Source of the DNA: Euprymna scolopes
Lineage: Eukaryota
NCBI GenBank assembly: GCA_053919585.1
Contig: CM132792.1
DNA: 64,000 nucleotides
Strand: one strand, 5' to 3'
A program made the translations under genes and the position numbers. Positions 53,146 to 64,000 of this stretch are shown here, in pieces. The first letter of the stretch is position 1. Every line of letters starts with the position of its first letter. The notes under the pieces were generated by a model that saw only the letters and a program-made list of their open reading frames with translations, was not told where the DNA came from and searched no databases.

Positions 53146-53941
53146 AAAAAACAAAAAAAAAAAACAACAACAAAAAACAAAAACAATAAAAACTGAGCCG
53201 GTTATTTAATCCACGAGTGTAGACATGTGGCATGACCGTTAAATGCATTGATTAATAATTAGTCATAAGCGCCAGTATTCGGGGTTTGAAGTTTAAATTT
53301 TTACCACAGGCGATAATCTAACATAAATTAACAGGTTATTGCTGACAGATAGAGAGGATTCTATTCGGTTGGAGTTTATGAAAGGTTTAGTTGGATTACT
53401 GGATAGGTTAACGACTTGGACATAAAGATTGAAAAATACACATGAGAAAGATGAGAGATTACTTCGCAAAATCATTTCATTCGCTTTACTTACTATCATG
53501 CTTACATTGATAGCTTAAGTCGATAGATAATAAAAATACGTGCGTTTTTATTTCGTTAAAAACGGGTAAAATTTCTAGACGTTGACTTGGAATAAGTTCT
53601 TTGTCAAACTTCTAGAGAAAATGTAGTATTGGGGGACTAATCCCTATTAATTTATATTATATTTATATAATATTAGTTCGCTGCACCGTATCATAACAAA
53701 GGTTCGTACAAAGGTTCAACTAGATCAGCTCAGTAGTTTCCGAGAAACTTCTAGATTAAATCTGGTACTGTAGTGACCAGTCCCTATTAATCTCTATTAA
53801 TCCCTAACTGTGCATCGAATGGATACCATAGTACTTAGTTCGCTTCATCGTATAACAAACGTTCGTACAAAATTTCCAGCCAGATCAGATCAGTAGTTTC
53901 CAAGAAGAAGTGGAACGGAGAGACAGATAAACAGGATATGG

Positions 53942-54011
<70 letters not shown>

Positions 54012-54059
54012 CAATTATTAACGGACCGTATTCCACACAGTAAAATGCTAAATAATAAA

Positions 54060-54240
54060 TGGGGCTATGACAACAGCATGTTCTTTTCATTGTTTTGACT
54101 CTCGAGTGTGTATCGCTTGATATCTTATACGGTTTCATATAGCATGATGTGGTTCTCAGTTGATTAACTGTGTCTAACTGTGTCGGATGCATACTCGAGA
54201 GTCAAAACAATGAAAAGAATATTCTGTTGTCAAAGCCCAA
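54060..54240. repeat. Inverted repeat with ~50-bp arms, possibly a Penelope-type terminus
   Basis: GGGCTATGACAACAG..TTTTCATTGTTTTGACTCTCGAGT versus ACTCGAGAGTCAAAACAATGAAAA..CTGTTGTCAAAGCCC. Confidence 0.7.
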
Positions 54241-54326
54241 GTATTAAAAAAATGTTATCTTTGCCATTCCATGAACGTATAAACAAATGAATAATAATTT
54301 GCCCAAGAATCTAAGTACAATAGGTA

Positions 54327-54742
54327 TGTAACGTAACGCCTATGAGCGTGTGGGAAAGTATCAGAAAAAGCGAAGGATAGCTGGCTATGAAGAGATTAGC
54401 AGCAGCAGTTGCAGCTGAAAAAGGCATATGCAAATTAGGAAGTGTGCGCGAGAAGAAAAAGGAAAAACGAGAAAAAGGACAGCACATGCTCGAGCGAGGA
54501 AACAAAGTGGACGTCGAAGAAAAATGGACGTGTAAAGTGAAGGCGAAAAATATGTAGCTGTGGCCGGCGTGAGGTTGGAGAGGAAAAGTGTTACCGGGCG
54601 AGATGGACGGTGGTAAGTTGTATCGAAACAATTATGGCGATAATAAAGCACATTTGTTTTAAAAAATGCCGACCCGGATTTTTATTTATTTATTATTTAT
54701 TTATTTACTTATTTCCATTTTTTTTGTAACCGCTACGTTACA
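54327..54742 (+). mobile_element. Solo LTR
   Basis: TGTAACGTAACG...CGCTACGTTACA termini, internal AATAAA, imperfect 4-bp TSD (GGTA/TGTA). Confidence 0.7.
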
Positions 54743-56391
54743 TGTACATTTATTACAAATTAAAATAAAAATGATTGTATATTTTTACAAACACCTTTTC
54801 TGAATCTCGAATGAGAATGTACTATTATTTAAGACGAACATAACAAAAATTAAGTTTATAAATTAACAATCTATATAATAATCTGTGGATGTTGAAAAAT
54901 GAAACTAACATTTTATATGGCGATGAAGAATTCTTCGGAAAATATTAACGCCATCCGTAACACTGTACCTAATACATTCATAGCAAACGACTCTCAGCGT
55001 ACACTCCCCTGAAAATTGAATCATTCATTTTTAATTTTATTGTCCTAGTTTTGTAATGCAATAGTTTTGTCCATATGGCCAGTAATTAAAGTTGCTTATT
55101 AAGAAAAGGATAAATTAGTAAAAACATTTCTTAAAGTAATTCTTCACGCATTTTCAACACCGCCGAGAGACAAACAAAAAGAACTCTATAGAGAGGAGGA
55201 ATAACACTTTCCACTTTCTCTGCCTTTCTCTTTTTTTCTTTCTCTTTTTTCCCTCTCTTTTAGTGATGCCACATTTTTTCCTCTTTTAATTTAATTTGTT
55301 TTCTTTATTTGCTAATGGGTTATCCCTTATCAAAGTCCGAAATCTGTCGAGGATAGTAGTTAAAAAGATGGTTGATTAAACAATGAGCACTACCACGTTA
55401 GCTTTTAAAACGATCGTTGGAATCGACACAAGATGTTTTGCGAGTAACTGTTTATCCAAAATAACGACTCAACAAGTATTTCTTTACTTAAAGACGATCA
55501 AGTTGTAGTCGCCTTGGATGTAACACCATGATATTTATATTACTTGCATTGATCGAACTATTGTTTTCATCTTAATTGTTATTTGTGCAACGTTTTGGTC
55601 GGATTGGCTTTCGACCGTCTTTAGGCATGTTGGTTACTATTTAGAAAAGAAAAGTGAAAAGTTACTGACTCCATAGATATTTTCTTATTGTTTGGGTTAG
55701 TCTATATTTTATTGTTAATGTTTCAATTTGTGAAAAAAAAAAAAAAAAAAATTGGTTGACAAAGGGGAGACAACTCTAATAAAGATCGACAAGGATTATT
55801 TCCCTTCCATCGCCGAAATCTTTTTTTTTTTTACAATTCTACAAATCTCTGGACGGGGTCTGCTTAGTAATGCTTTTTTAGCACATATGCTGCCTCCTTG
55901 AGGCGTCTGTTAAATGTTGTTGACTCCTGATGGGAGGGGGGGTATGACACGAATGATTTCGACGATCGTTTTTATAACAACAAGTAATGATGAACAACCA
56001 ATGAAAAGCTTCTAAAGTTACTATAAAAATTGTCGAATTTTGGATTCAATCAGTTCGCCGCCATCTTTGTTACTGGCAATTACGCTCAGGATCGTACTAC
56101 ACTGCTTCTTCACCGCCATCTCGGTTCAACATAATGTCTCAACACTTAACATCGTCTGACCCTCCACCTTGCACCCCTGTTAATTATTTTGGCCTCATTC
56201 CACAAAAATAGCGGTCGAAGGTCAATCTGACCGAAACATTGCGCAAATAACACTCAAGATGAGAATAATAGTGCGATGAATACAAGTAATATAAACAATA
56301 TGCCCTCATCTAAAAAATTCAAACCTCCATATTTGTCCAACATAATGGATACTCTAGGAAAAAAACATTTATTTATTGAATTTCTGCCTAG

Positions 56392-56430
<39 letters not shown>

Positions 56431-56433
<3 letters not shown>

Positions 56434-57277
56434 TTTTCCACAACCCAAAGTACGCCACAGCCCACAAGAGCCATGCCAGCCAACGAACCGAAAGTCGCAG
56501 ACTCGAGTTTCGCCCTCATTTGGGCTCATCAGTCAGACATATCCACGCCCGGGGTTTGAAACCCGAGCCTCCTACATGCGATGCAAGCACTCTACCCGCA
56601 CACAAGAAATTCTATTAACCAACACAGATCAAGCAAACCGCGACGAAATCAAGCTGTGGGATAGACCTACTTCATCTCGACAAGGGACGTGGTTATCCAA
56701 CAAGCTGAACCCAAAGCCGATGTCTTGTGAGTAGGGATTTTTGAACTCGAAAGGACGACGCCATTCAGCAGAGCTTACCTAACGTTGGCTAGCATGGCTC
56801 TTGTGGACTGCAGCGTCCTTTGGGCTGTGGAAATAATTATATATAATCTCTCACATTCTGAAAATTCTATAACAAAAATGGCTCGTTAGGTTAACTCTGC
56901 TGGATGGCGTCGTATTTTCGACTTCAAAAATCCCTACTTGTGAGACATCGGCTTTGGGTTCAGCTGGTTGGATGACCATGTCCCTTGTCGAGATGAATTA
57001 CGTCTATTCCAAAGCTTTATTTCGTCGCGGTTTGCTTGATCTGTGTTGGTAAATAGAATTTCGTGTGTACGGGGCGTTTGCTCAGTTGGTAGAGTGCTTG
57101 CCTCGGCTTTCAAATCCCGGGTACGGATACGTCTGATTGATGAGCCCAAATGAGGACGAATCTCGAGTCTTAGACTTCCGGTTCGTTGGCTGGCATTGCT
57201 CTTGTGGGCTGCGGCGTTCTTTGAGCTGTGAAATAATTATATATAATCTCTTAATCTCTCACATTCTGAAAATTCTC
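56431..57277. mobile_element. Family C tRNA(Ala)-like head + hammerhead element: inverted copy plus partial tandem
   Basis: 56433-56783 is the reverse complement of about 56884-57236. Hammerheads lie at about 56493-56538 (-) and 57131-57175 (+). The tail repeats with a 401-bp period. Confidence 0.85.
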
Positions 57278-57300
57278 TCTCTCTCTCTATATATATATAT

Positions 57301-57362
<62 letters not shown>

Positions 57363-57384
57363 ATAAGAGACAGAGAAAGGAATG

Positions 57385-57750
57385 CTCTCTAATGTTGTTG
57401 TCCAAGAAACTTCGGTTTGGGGAGCTCCAATCCGGCTAGCGCTGCCATGGCGGCCAGAACAAATGATTTAAAGACACTATGAAGGAACAACTGAAGGCCT
57501 TCAACATTAGTCTATCATCCTGGTAGCAGATCTTTAGGTAGAATCAATTGGTGGGCCGCTGTTCATGACAACACTCCCCAATATGAAAGTGATAGGAACG
57601 CTGCCGCAGAGAAACGTAAGAAAAACAGAAATAACAATGCTTTGAAGTCCTTGGCATCTGCTGTCATTCCCTATTTTCACTGCAGCAGAACTTTCCTCAC
57701 AACCCTTGTTTCAACGGACATCTGCAACAACAGCAACAGCAACAACAACA
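57385..57750 (+). mobile_element. RTE-clade LINE 3' fragment
   Basis: LSKKLRFGELQSG.RCHGGQNK.FKDTMK..LKAFNI..SW followed by a (CAA/CAG)n tail. Confidence 0.75.
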
Positions 57751-58599
57751 GGAGCTAGGCGTCGGTCCTGTGAATATTTTACAGGTGGGTGGAACAATAA
57801 AGCATCTATTATGAATATAATGAGAGAGAAGAGATAGGCTAACAAGATCTTTTCTGTGTTACAAGAGCTGCATCAACCACCGACTGCCAAAGTAGACAAA
57901 CGTTTCGCAATAATATTTAACTGTATTCTTTCTCGGCATTTAGGCGGCCTAGCTCATTCGCAACGAGTTGCCATCCATTTCTAAATTGAAGTTTCAAAAC
58001 ATTGTCTCTCAGACATATCATCCATCAGGTGATTTGATTTCTTTTTTATTTTCCTTTCTTTACGGTCTTACCAAATAAATAAATATGTATAAAATTACGA
58101 AAATGCTAATATTTTTCTATTTATATATAAACTATGTTAATGTTTATCTATTTAGATTAATAAATTCGAAATATTTGTCTCGTGTTCACAAAAATACATT
58201 ACGGATGAAACATTGTATATTATGATTAATGTTTCAAGTATTTTAAATAGCGATAGCAAGCTGGCAATGCCAGCTAGTAAGTAATAAAATTTGAGAAAGG
58301 TATTTAACCCCTATTAGATAGATCGATATTCTCTATAGATTTATTATGATTTTACGGATGCTTAAATATTACGTTTTATTATAAGAAAATATTTATATAT
58401 TGTATGTATTACTACTAAGTAAAATGTAGTTGCTCCAAGGTTTTAATATAAATACTCTAAAGTAATGTGACATCGAAAATTTTCAGATGAAGATTAATTA
58501 TTTGTTTGCTTCAAACTCCTTTTTCATCCTAAGTATTATTCACACAACGTTTCAGACAATATAACTTCATTTACTGAATAATTACGTTGGCACGCCGCT

Positions 58600-58830
58600 T
58601 TACGTTATATCGCCGAAATAAAGCAACGTTAGTCAGTACCAAATGAATAGCAGACGCTCTATATAGGAGGACATCGATACCTTACTGCAAGACCTGCATA
58701 AACACGACCTCGTCATCTATAACCAGGATATACATGCGACTGTCCAGCGCTTGTGAATTTAATATTCCCTAAAAACGTCCTCCCTCATGGGAAACAGGTT
58801 CAACTAGTCTAGGATGAATGTCACTGAAAA
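58600..58830 (+). mobile_element. Degenerate 5S-headed SINE, body type 3
   Basis: TAGGAGGACATCGATACC..GGATATACATGCGAC..CGCTTGTGAATTT matches 38599-38760. Confidence 0.75.
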
Positions 58831-59619
58831 GAAAGAAAAAATATAACCTCAGTTGTGCTTTGAAAATCTTGGAAACCTATTTGAACCTAGTGTTTATTTA
58901 ATTCACGAGAAAAATTCTCTTCGTTCTGTCAATCATGGCCGGATAGAAGAAATGACTAGGTAACGGTGCATAGACACTAACTTTTAAACACACCGGAAGT
59001 TGGAGCCTACGTCTCTCAATTTAGGTGTGGAAGCACAGAATCGATACAATTTTCAATTATATGTTATGTTTATTTTTTCACCCCTTTATAATAAAAATAT
59101 ATAAAAATATGTAACTATTTTTTATCAGTTATTTTTTTTATCAAGCTGCACTTTCGTGATCGTTTCTATATCGCCACTTTTTGATCGTTTCTATATTGTT
59201 ACTTTTTGGTAAGAGCTAACAAGATGTTCGGGCATAGTAACTTTTAGAAGCTCAGAATTCGATACTTAACCTTTCTACACACATAAGTGTGCATGTGATT
59301 ACATGTATGTATAGATAATGTATATGTGGAATACCATATGAAGATAAGAAATAGACAATGCGTAGATAAAATAAAATGCTAAAAGGACACACGATGAAAC
59401 TTTTTGAATAAAAGTAAGCGAAATATAAGTCCGCCATATAGTGCGGTCTTGTCTTTTATACTGCGTTTCTATATCTTTTTACCACGTTATTTTATTAACA
59501 AATGACACTGTGAATATATACATTTATTCGGTGTTCCATATACTTTTATAAGATTATATAGACGGAGGAGAAGGTCATTTAGAGCGACTTCATCAAATTA
59601 TTTTTTTTATTAATCATAG

Positions 59620-59835
59620 TCAGCCTAAACAAGGCGAATTGCCACAGAGACGTAAGTAAATAATTGCGATTAGGGATCATACCTAAAGTGACACTCTAAG
59701 TAGGAAGATAGGAAGAAAGATGTTTATACAGGCTACACTTAACTTTCCACATGTTAGCTCACTTGAGGAAGCATGATACAGAGAAGGGGTTGCACAGTCT
59801 AGCTGTTCGAGGAAAGGAACTTGCAAAGTACAGAG
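59620..59835 (-). mobile_element. CR1/L2-group LINE 3' tip, second subfamily
   Basis: Minus strand SSFPRTARLCNPFSVSCF; 3' motif CCTTGTTTAGG is shared with 63769-63780. Confidence 0.6.
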
Positions 59836-59954
59836 TGTCCAAAAATCAATGAAGGGTAGAAAATCTTTGTCATTTTACCATTAATTACTATTTTTTTCTC
59901 TATTTCAGCTATTTCACAGATAATATTTTGGAAATGATTTATAGATAAGTATAT

Positions 59955-60410
59955 CATTGAACAACGTATGCAAGTTGTGAAATTGTTTACCAAAATCAGA
60001 GGTCAATTGTTTTTACTCAAAGAGCTTATCGACGGCATTTTCATGTAAGAGATAGCCTAAGTCACTACACAATTCGAAACACTGTGCGCCGATTTGAAGA
60101 CGAAGAAGCTGTACTTTATTTTCCGCGAGCTGGCAGACCTCGAAACGTCATTACAAATGAAAATAGGAAAAGAGTGCGAGAGAGCGTAGAGCAGCATCTT
60201 GGATATGTCGAAGCTCACTACACAGCATTCTTCACAGTTTAAAACTGTTTCCTTATAAAGTGCAGCTTGTTCAACACTTGAAGCCTGGAGATTTTCAAAC
60301 CAGGGTTCAATATGTCGTTCAAGTGCAAGAACTTGTCTAAAGTTTTGGTAAGAGCACAAATGTGCGAAGCCGAAAATGGGTAACACTTAAAAGACATAAT
60401 TTTTCATAAA
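59955..60410 (+). pseudogene. Tc1/mariner-superfamily transposase, internally deleted
   Basis: QRMQVVKLFYQNQRSIVFTQRAYRRHF..TIRNTVRRFE..RAGRPRNV joined to a C-terminal ENG.HLKDIIFHK*. Confidence 0.65.
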
Positions 60411-61154
60411 TAAAGATTGTGTGAATTTTGCATTTATTTTTAAAAATAGAGGTAGATCAAAGTATAATTTAATAAGGCGGGTGGATTAAGATACGATGGA
60501 TCAAGATTGGTCAGATAGGACGAAAATAAAAAGCAATCGGAAACAAAATAGAGGTGCATGAAAAATAACGATATATATATATATATATATTGAAAGCAAG
60601 TGAGAGAGAGAGAGGGAGAAAAAAGAAATACAAAAGAACAAAATAAATTGAGAGAGGGAGGGAGAGTAAGCATGGAAGTTAGAAGAAAAAAGAAATGGAG
60701 AGGAAGAAAGAAAACAATTATATCGTGTCATCGAGTGTATATCAAACACAATGGATAATAAAACTCATAAATGTTCATTTGCCTAGTATTTTTTCCATAT
60801 GATTGCAAGTTTTATTTGTTTATTTTGTATTTTTAATTTCGTATGTATTTATACGTATACGTTTAGATATGGTCGTCTATGTATATGTGTGTGTGTTTAT
60901 GTTGTTTTATCGAATAAATACGAGATTGACATAGACCGTTATTTTAATGGCCATGTCAGCATGTCATAAACAGTAGTAACTAGAACACACTATTACTACG
61001 ATTGCTATTATTACTGCTATTATCACCATTACTGTTTTCATAAGAATAACCTTTTAATTATGGTGATTTGGTATCTACCTGTCTGAATCGAAACGATGCT
61101 ATTACTATCTTCTAATGCTCAGTTCAGTTTATTATACTAGTTTAGATTCAAGCT

Positions 61155-61622
61155 TGGTTTGGTTGTTTTACGGCATATCAACCCTTTTCGGGTTATTTAA
61201 TGCCGGATCCAGTTATTTTGGAAATATTCATGTTGCATTCAGTCATTTTGTAGAAGGTTTTTATTCTTCACGTTTTTTGTATCTTCAATCGCTATTTTGT
61301 AGTGTTTTGTTTGGTTGTTTTATAGTGGATTTTATCGTTTTTTGTTCTCTGCCCTGCAGAACATGTACGAGTTTTGCAATGGGAGAGGGAAAACGGTTAC
61401 AGTATTAATGTTTAGTGCATTTTAAGTTAGGAAACCAGTCAGGAAGTGGGGGAGGTAGAAAGAGAAAGAGGACATGGGAAGAAAGAAAAGGATGAAAAGA
61501 TGGATTGTTATTTTTGTTTTTGGTTTTGCTGAACATAATTAAGTTTTGCAAAAGGATTGTTGGTTGGTTGTTTTTGTTTTACGGCATATCAACCCTTTTT
61601 AGGTTATTTAATGCCGAATCCA
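61155..61622. repeat. Two copies of a ~55-bp interspersed repeat end
   Basis: TTTTACGGCATATCAACCCTTTT.GGTTATTTAATGCCG.ATCC at about 61166 and 61577, each preceded by a TTGG-rich tract. Confidence 0.7.
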
Positions 61623-61944
61623 AAAATTTTGAAGAAAAATTATTTTAATAGAATATATTTGTTGTTTTCAAGTCGGTTTCTACTTAACTCATAGTTGAAA
61701 CCCTAACAGGTACTACCACTCCGGGTCAGAGTAGACCTGGGAGTAATAGCAATTAAAGGGTGGCTCCACACTCCCCGAAGCCCGCAAGCTGGGGCCTCAT
61801 TACTGGATGTAGTTTAAGGTCATATCCAGGACCCGAAAAGGAAGTAGAAAAACAAAAAAGCATCAATGTTAGGTGCATTTTGTCTCAGGAAGCCAATATC
61901 TTCAGACAGCCTGATCTATTAGCACCAGCTTAGATTAAGGAGAG

Positions 61945-62260
61945 TAGTGTAGTATGTGTTTATTCATCATGATATCAACACCCCAGGCGTTACCTTCTCC
62001 TTTTGTGTGAGAGTCGGAGATAGTGTAGTATTTATTTTGATGTCTTCAGACCCTCATACCAAGCATTACCTCCTACTTGTGGAGCAGTATAGTATATGTA
62101 TGTTGTTCATGATATTATCCCTCTAGGTATTAACAACTTCCTTACTTATCTGGAGGATGTACAGTATCCGTTCCGTTGTCATGATCACAATCTTCTAAGT
62201 ATTACCTCCTTTTTTCGGGGGAGGGGCAATGTAATTTATGTATATTTATCATGAATGCTC
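61945..62260. repeat. Degenerate ~65-70-bp tandem repeat, about 5 copies
   Basis: Recurrent GTAGTAT..TCATGAT..GTATTACCTCCT..GGAG. Confidence 0.6.
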
Positions 62261-62299
62261 ACAAAAGTAGTAATATTCTATATATAAACGGCACATGTG

Positions 62300-62763
62300 A
62301 CTTCCTTTTATCTCAACAATCGCTTACTATTCATGTCTCGTTGTTATCAGCCATTGGTATTCTTTGGGTTTCGGACGGCTTTTTGCAACCCCAAAGTCCT
62401 AGTTCTTTCCGCACGCTCTCAGGACAGATCTGGCTGGTGTTCTTCTTCCGTGATCTTTCATGACCCTTTAAAATATTTTCATGTGGTTTCTTTCGATGTA
62501 AAGCCCAACAATTTTTGGGAGAATCGCTTAATATTTTGCAGTTTCTGTTTTCTTGCTTCTCTATGGTCGTGTTCTTTCTGCTTAAAAATAAATCTTATTA
62601 CAGCATGAAAGTTATTGGTTAATGGTTCCACATTCTAAGCTTTTCATTAAGCTTACAGCTCTTTTGATTATTCTTATCCGATATACTTGCTCAGCCTTGT
62701 CCCTGATTCCAATTTCTCCCATCTTTTAAAAAACTTTTCGGGATTGTTACCAATGCTCCTACG

Positions 62764-62830
<67 letters not shown>
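62300..62830 (-). mobile_element. R4/Dong 3' fragment abutting (TAA)n
   Basis: Minus strand VGALVTIPKSF, similar to 29860-29920; long TAA tract at 62765-62830. Confidence 0.55.
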
Positions 62831-62832
<2 letters not shown>

Positions 62833-62840
62833 ATAATATA

Positions 62841-63195
62841 TATACGACACAATCACGTTGACACACCGGTTTTCGCCAGATCACCGAAGTTAAGCAACGT
62901 TGAGCATAGCCAGTACCAGATGGGTGACAATTTAGGAAGGCGATGCGCTGTATGTACCGCGAGGTGAAATACCAGGTTGAGAAACTGGGGCGGTCTATCC
63001 TTCTCCCTAGGGTACATTGGACTCTCTTAAGCCGTGGTAGGCATCCCGTCTAGTGATGGCGTCACGATAAAAAATACCCTTGATAGCCGTGGCGAAGCAT
63101 CACGCATTTAGCTACCGACAAGATTTGAATTACACTACAAACTTGTGTAGTGAGTTCAATCTCGGTTACGGCCGCGCTGGATGGGTGGATTATTA
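62841..63195 (+). mobile_element. 5S-headed SINE (body type 4)
   Basis: TACGACACAATCACGTTGACACACCGGTTTTCGCCAGATCACCGAAGTTAAGCAACGTTGAG..GATGGGTGAC..GCTGTATGT followed by a GC-richer body. Confidence 0.8.
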
Positions 63196-63389
63196 TCATA
63201 TATAATTTCTTTCTTCATTGTTTCCTATATATTCACCATAACATTTCTTATTTTCATTGTCCGTAGTATTTTAAAATGCTTGCAAATTATTTATGTTTTT
63301 CCTTATTGAACTGACAAATACATTTATATATACCTATATTTATTTTATTTTGTCTTAAATTTCTTTTTCTATTATGCACCACTCTCAAA

Positions 63390-63778
63390 TGTTGTGCTCC
63401 ATATTCCGCTGTCCCATCGACGAAATGTTGCATCTCCTGTCTGTTTTACAAGTATTTTAATATGAGATGCTCCGACTACTAGCCCTTGTTCCCCTAAACG
63501 TAAATACTTCCGACAAACCCGACAAGCAGCAAAGTCCCACCCCTACACAGTCGAAAGTCCTAGATGTAAGAAAGCCTTCTACTTTAATAGTTTCTTCCCC
63601 AGAACTTCTAGATTTTGGAATTCCCTTCCGGTTTCCTGCTTCCCCAACTGTACTAACATGCATAAGTTAATGTGTAATATGAACAGACATCTTGCTGCTC
63701 AACTCCCTACATAGTATCTCTGCAACTCATGTCCCTGATAGTACCCCCTACATCAAAGTGGCACTGTACCTTGTTTAG

Positions 63779-63780
<2 letters not shown>
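63390..63780 (+). mobile_element. CR1/L2-group LINE 3' fragment, second subfamily
   Basis: PLSHRRNVAS..FYKYF..SFFPRTSRFWNSLP. Confidence 0.8.
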
Positions 63781-63832
<52 letters not shown>

Positions 63833-63837
<5 letters not shown>

Positions 63838-63912
63838 ATCCACATACAGTACTGTTTCGCTGTTTCACAGCTCAGCAGTGCGGCTAGACAAACAACTGCC
63901 TCAAGCTAGATA
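63833..63912 (-). mobile_element. Family A hammerhead element, copy 4 (core CTGCTGA)
   Basis: Nearly identical to 14372-14450; abuts (TA)n. Confidence 0.8.
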
Positions 63913-64000
63913 GTAAGTTTTGAAAATATATATGGCTATTAAGCTACACAGAATATTCCGCGATTCATTCTCGTGAGAATTCATCAGGCTTCATTCTCGA

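Noticed and set aside
57069-57125. Real tRNA genes (also 14440-14510, 26490-26572, 43690-43712 and 31058-31075)
   Set aside because: Acceptor stems do not pair or arms are deleted; these are only promoter-box remnants.

Overview
AT-rich eukaryotic (invertebrate-metazoan-like) intergenic or intronic DNA made almost entirely of decayed transposable elements, microsatellites and eight short N gaps. I could not support any intact host gene. Recognisable elements: a Gypsy-type LTR retrotransposon with a nested solo LTR, a 36-bp satellite, R4/Dong, CR1/L2-group and RTE LINE fragments, an IR/DR Tc1 element, mariner and hAT fragments, Helitrons, and 5S-rRNA-headed SINEs with four different bodies. 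Two non-coding RNA systems stand out. (1) At 1-1360 there is a tandem array of short structured non-coding units whose junctions carry the U2 snRNA sequence targeted by Utopia/Keno retrotransposons. (2) At least three unrelated families place a tRNA-derived Pol III head just upstream of a type I hammerhead ribozyme with a palindromic stem III; they sit next to (TA)n tracts, two of them in Penelope/retrozyme-like tandem or inverted arrangements. All calls were made by eye, and boundaries without a TSD or terminal motif are approximate.
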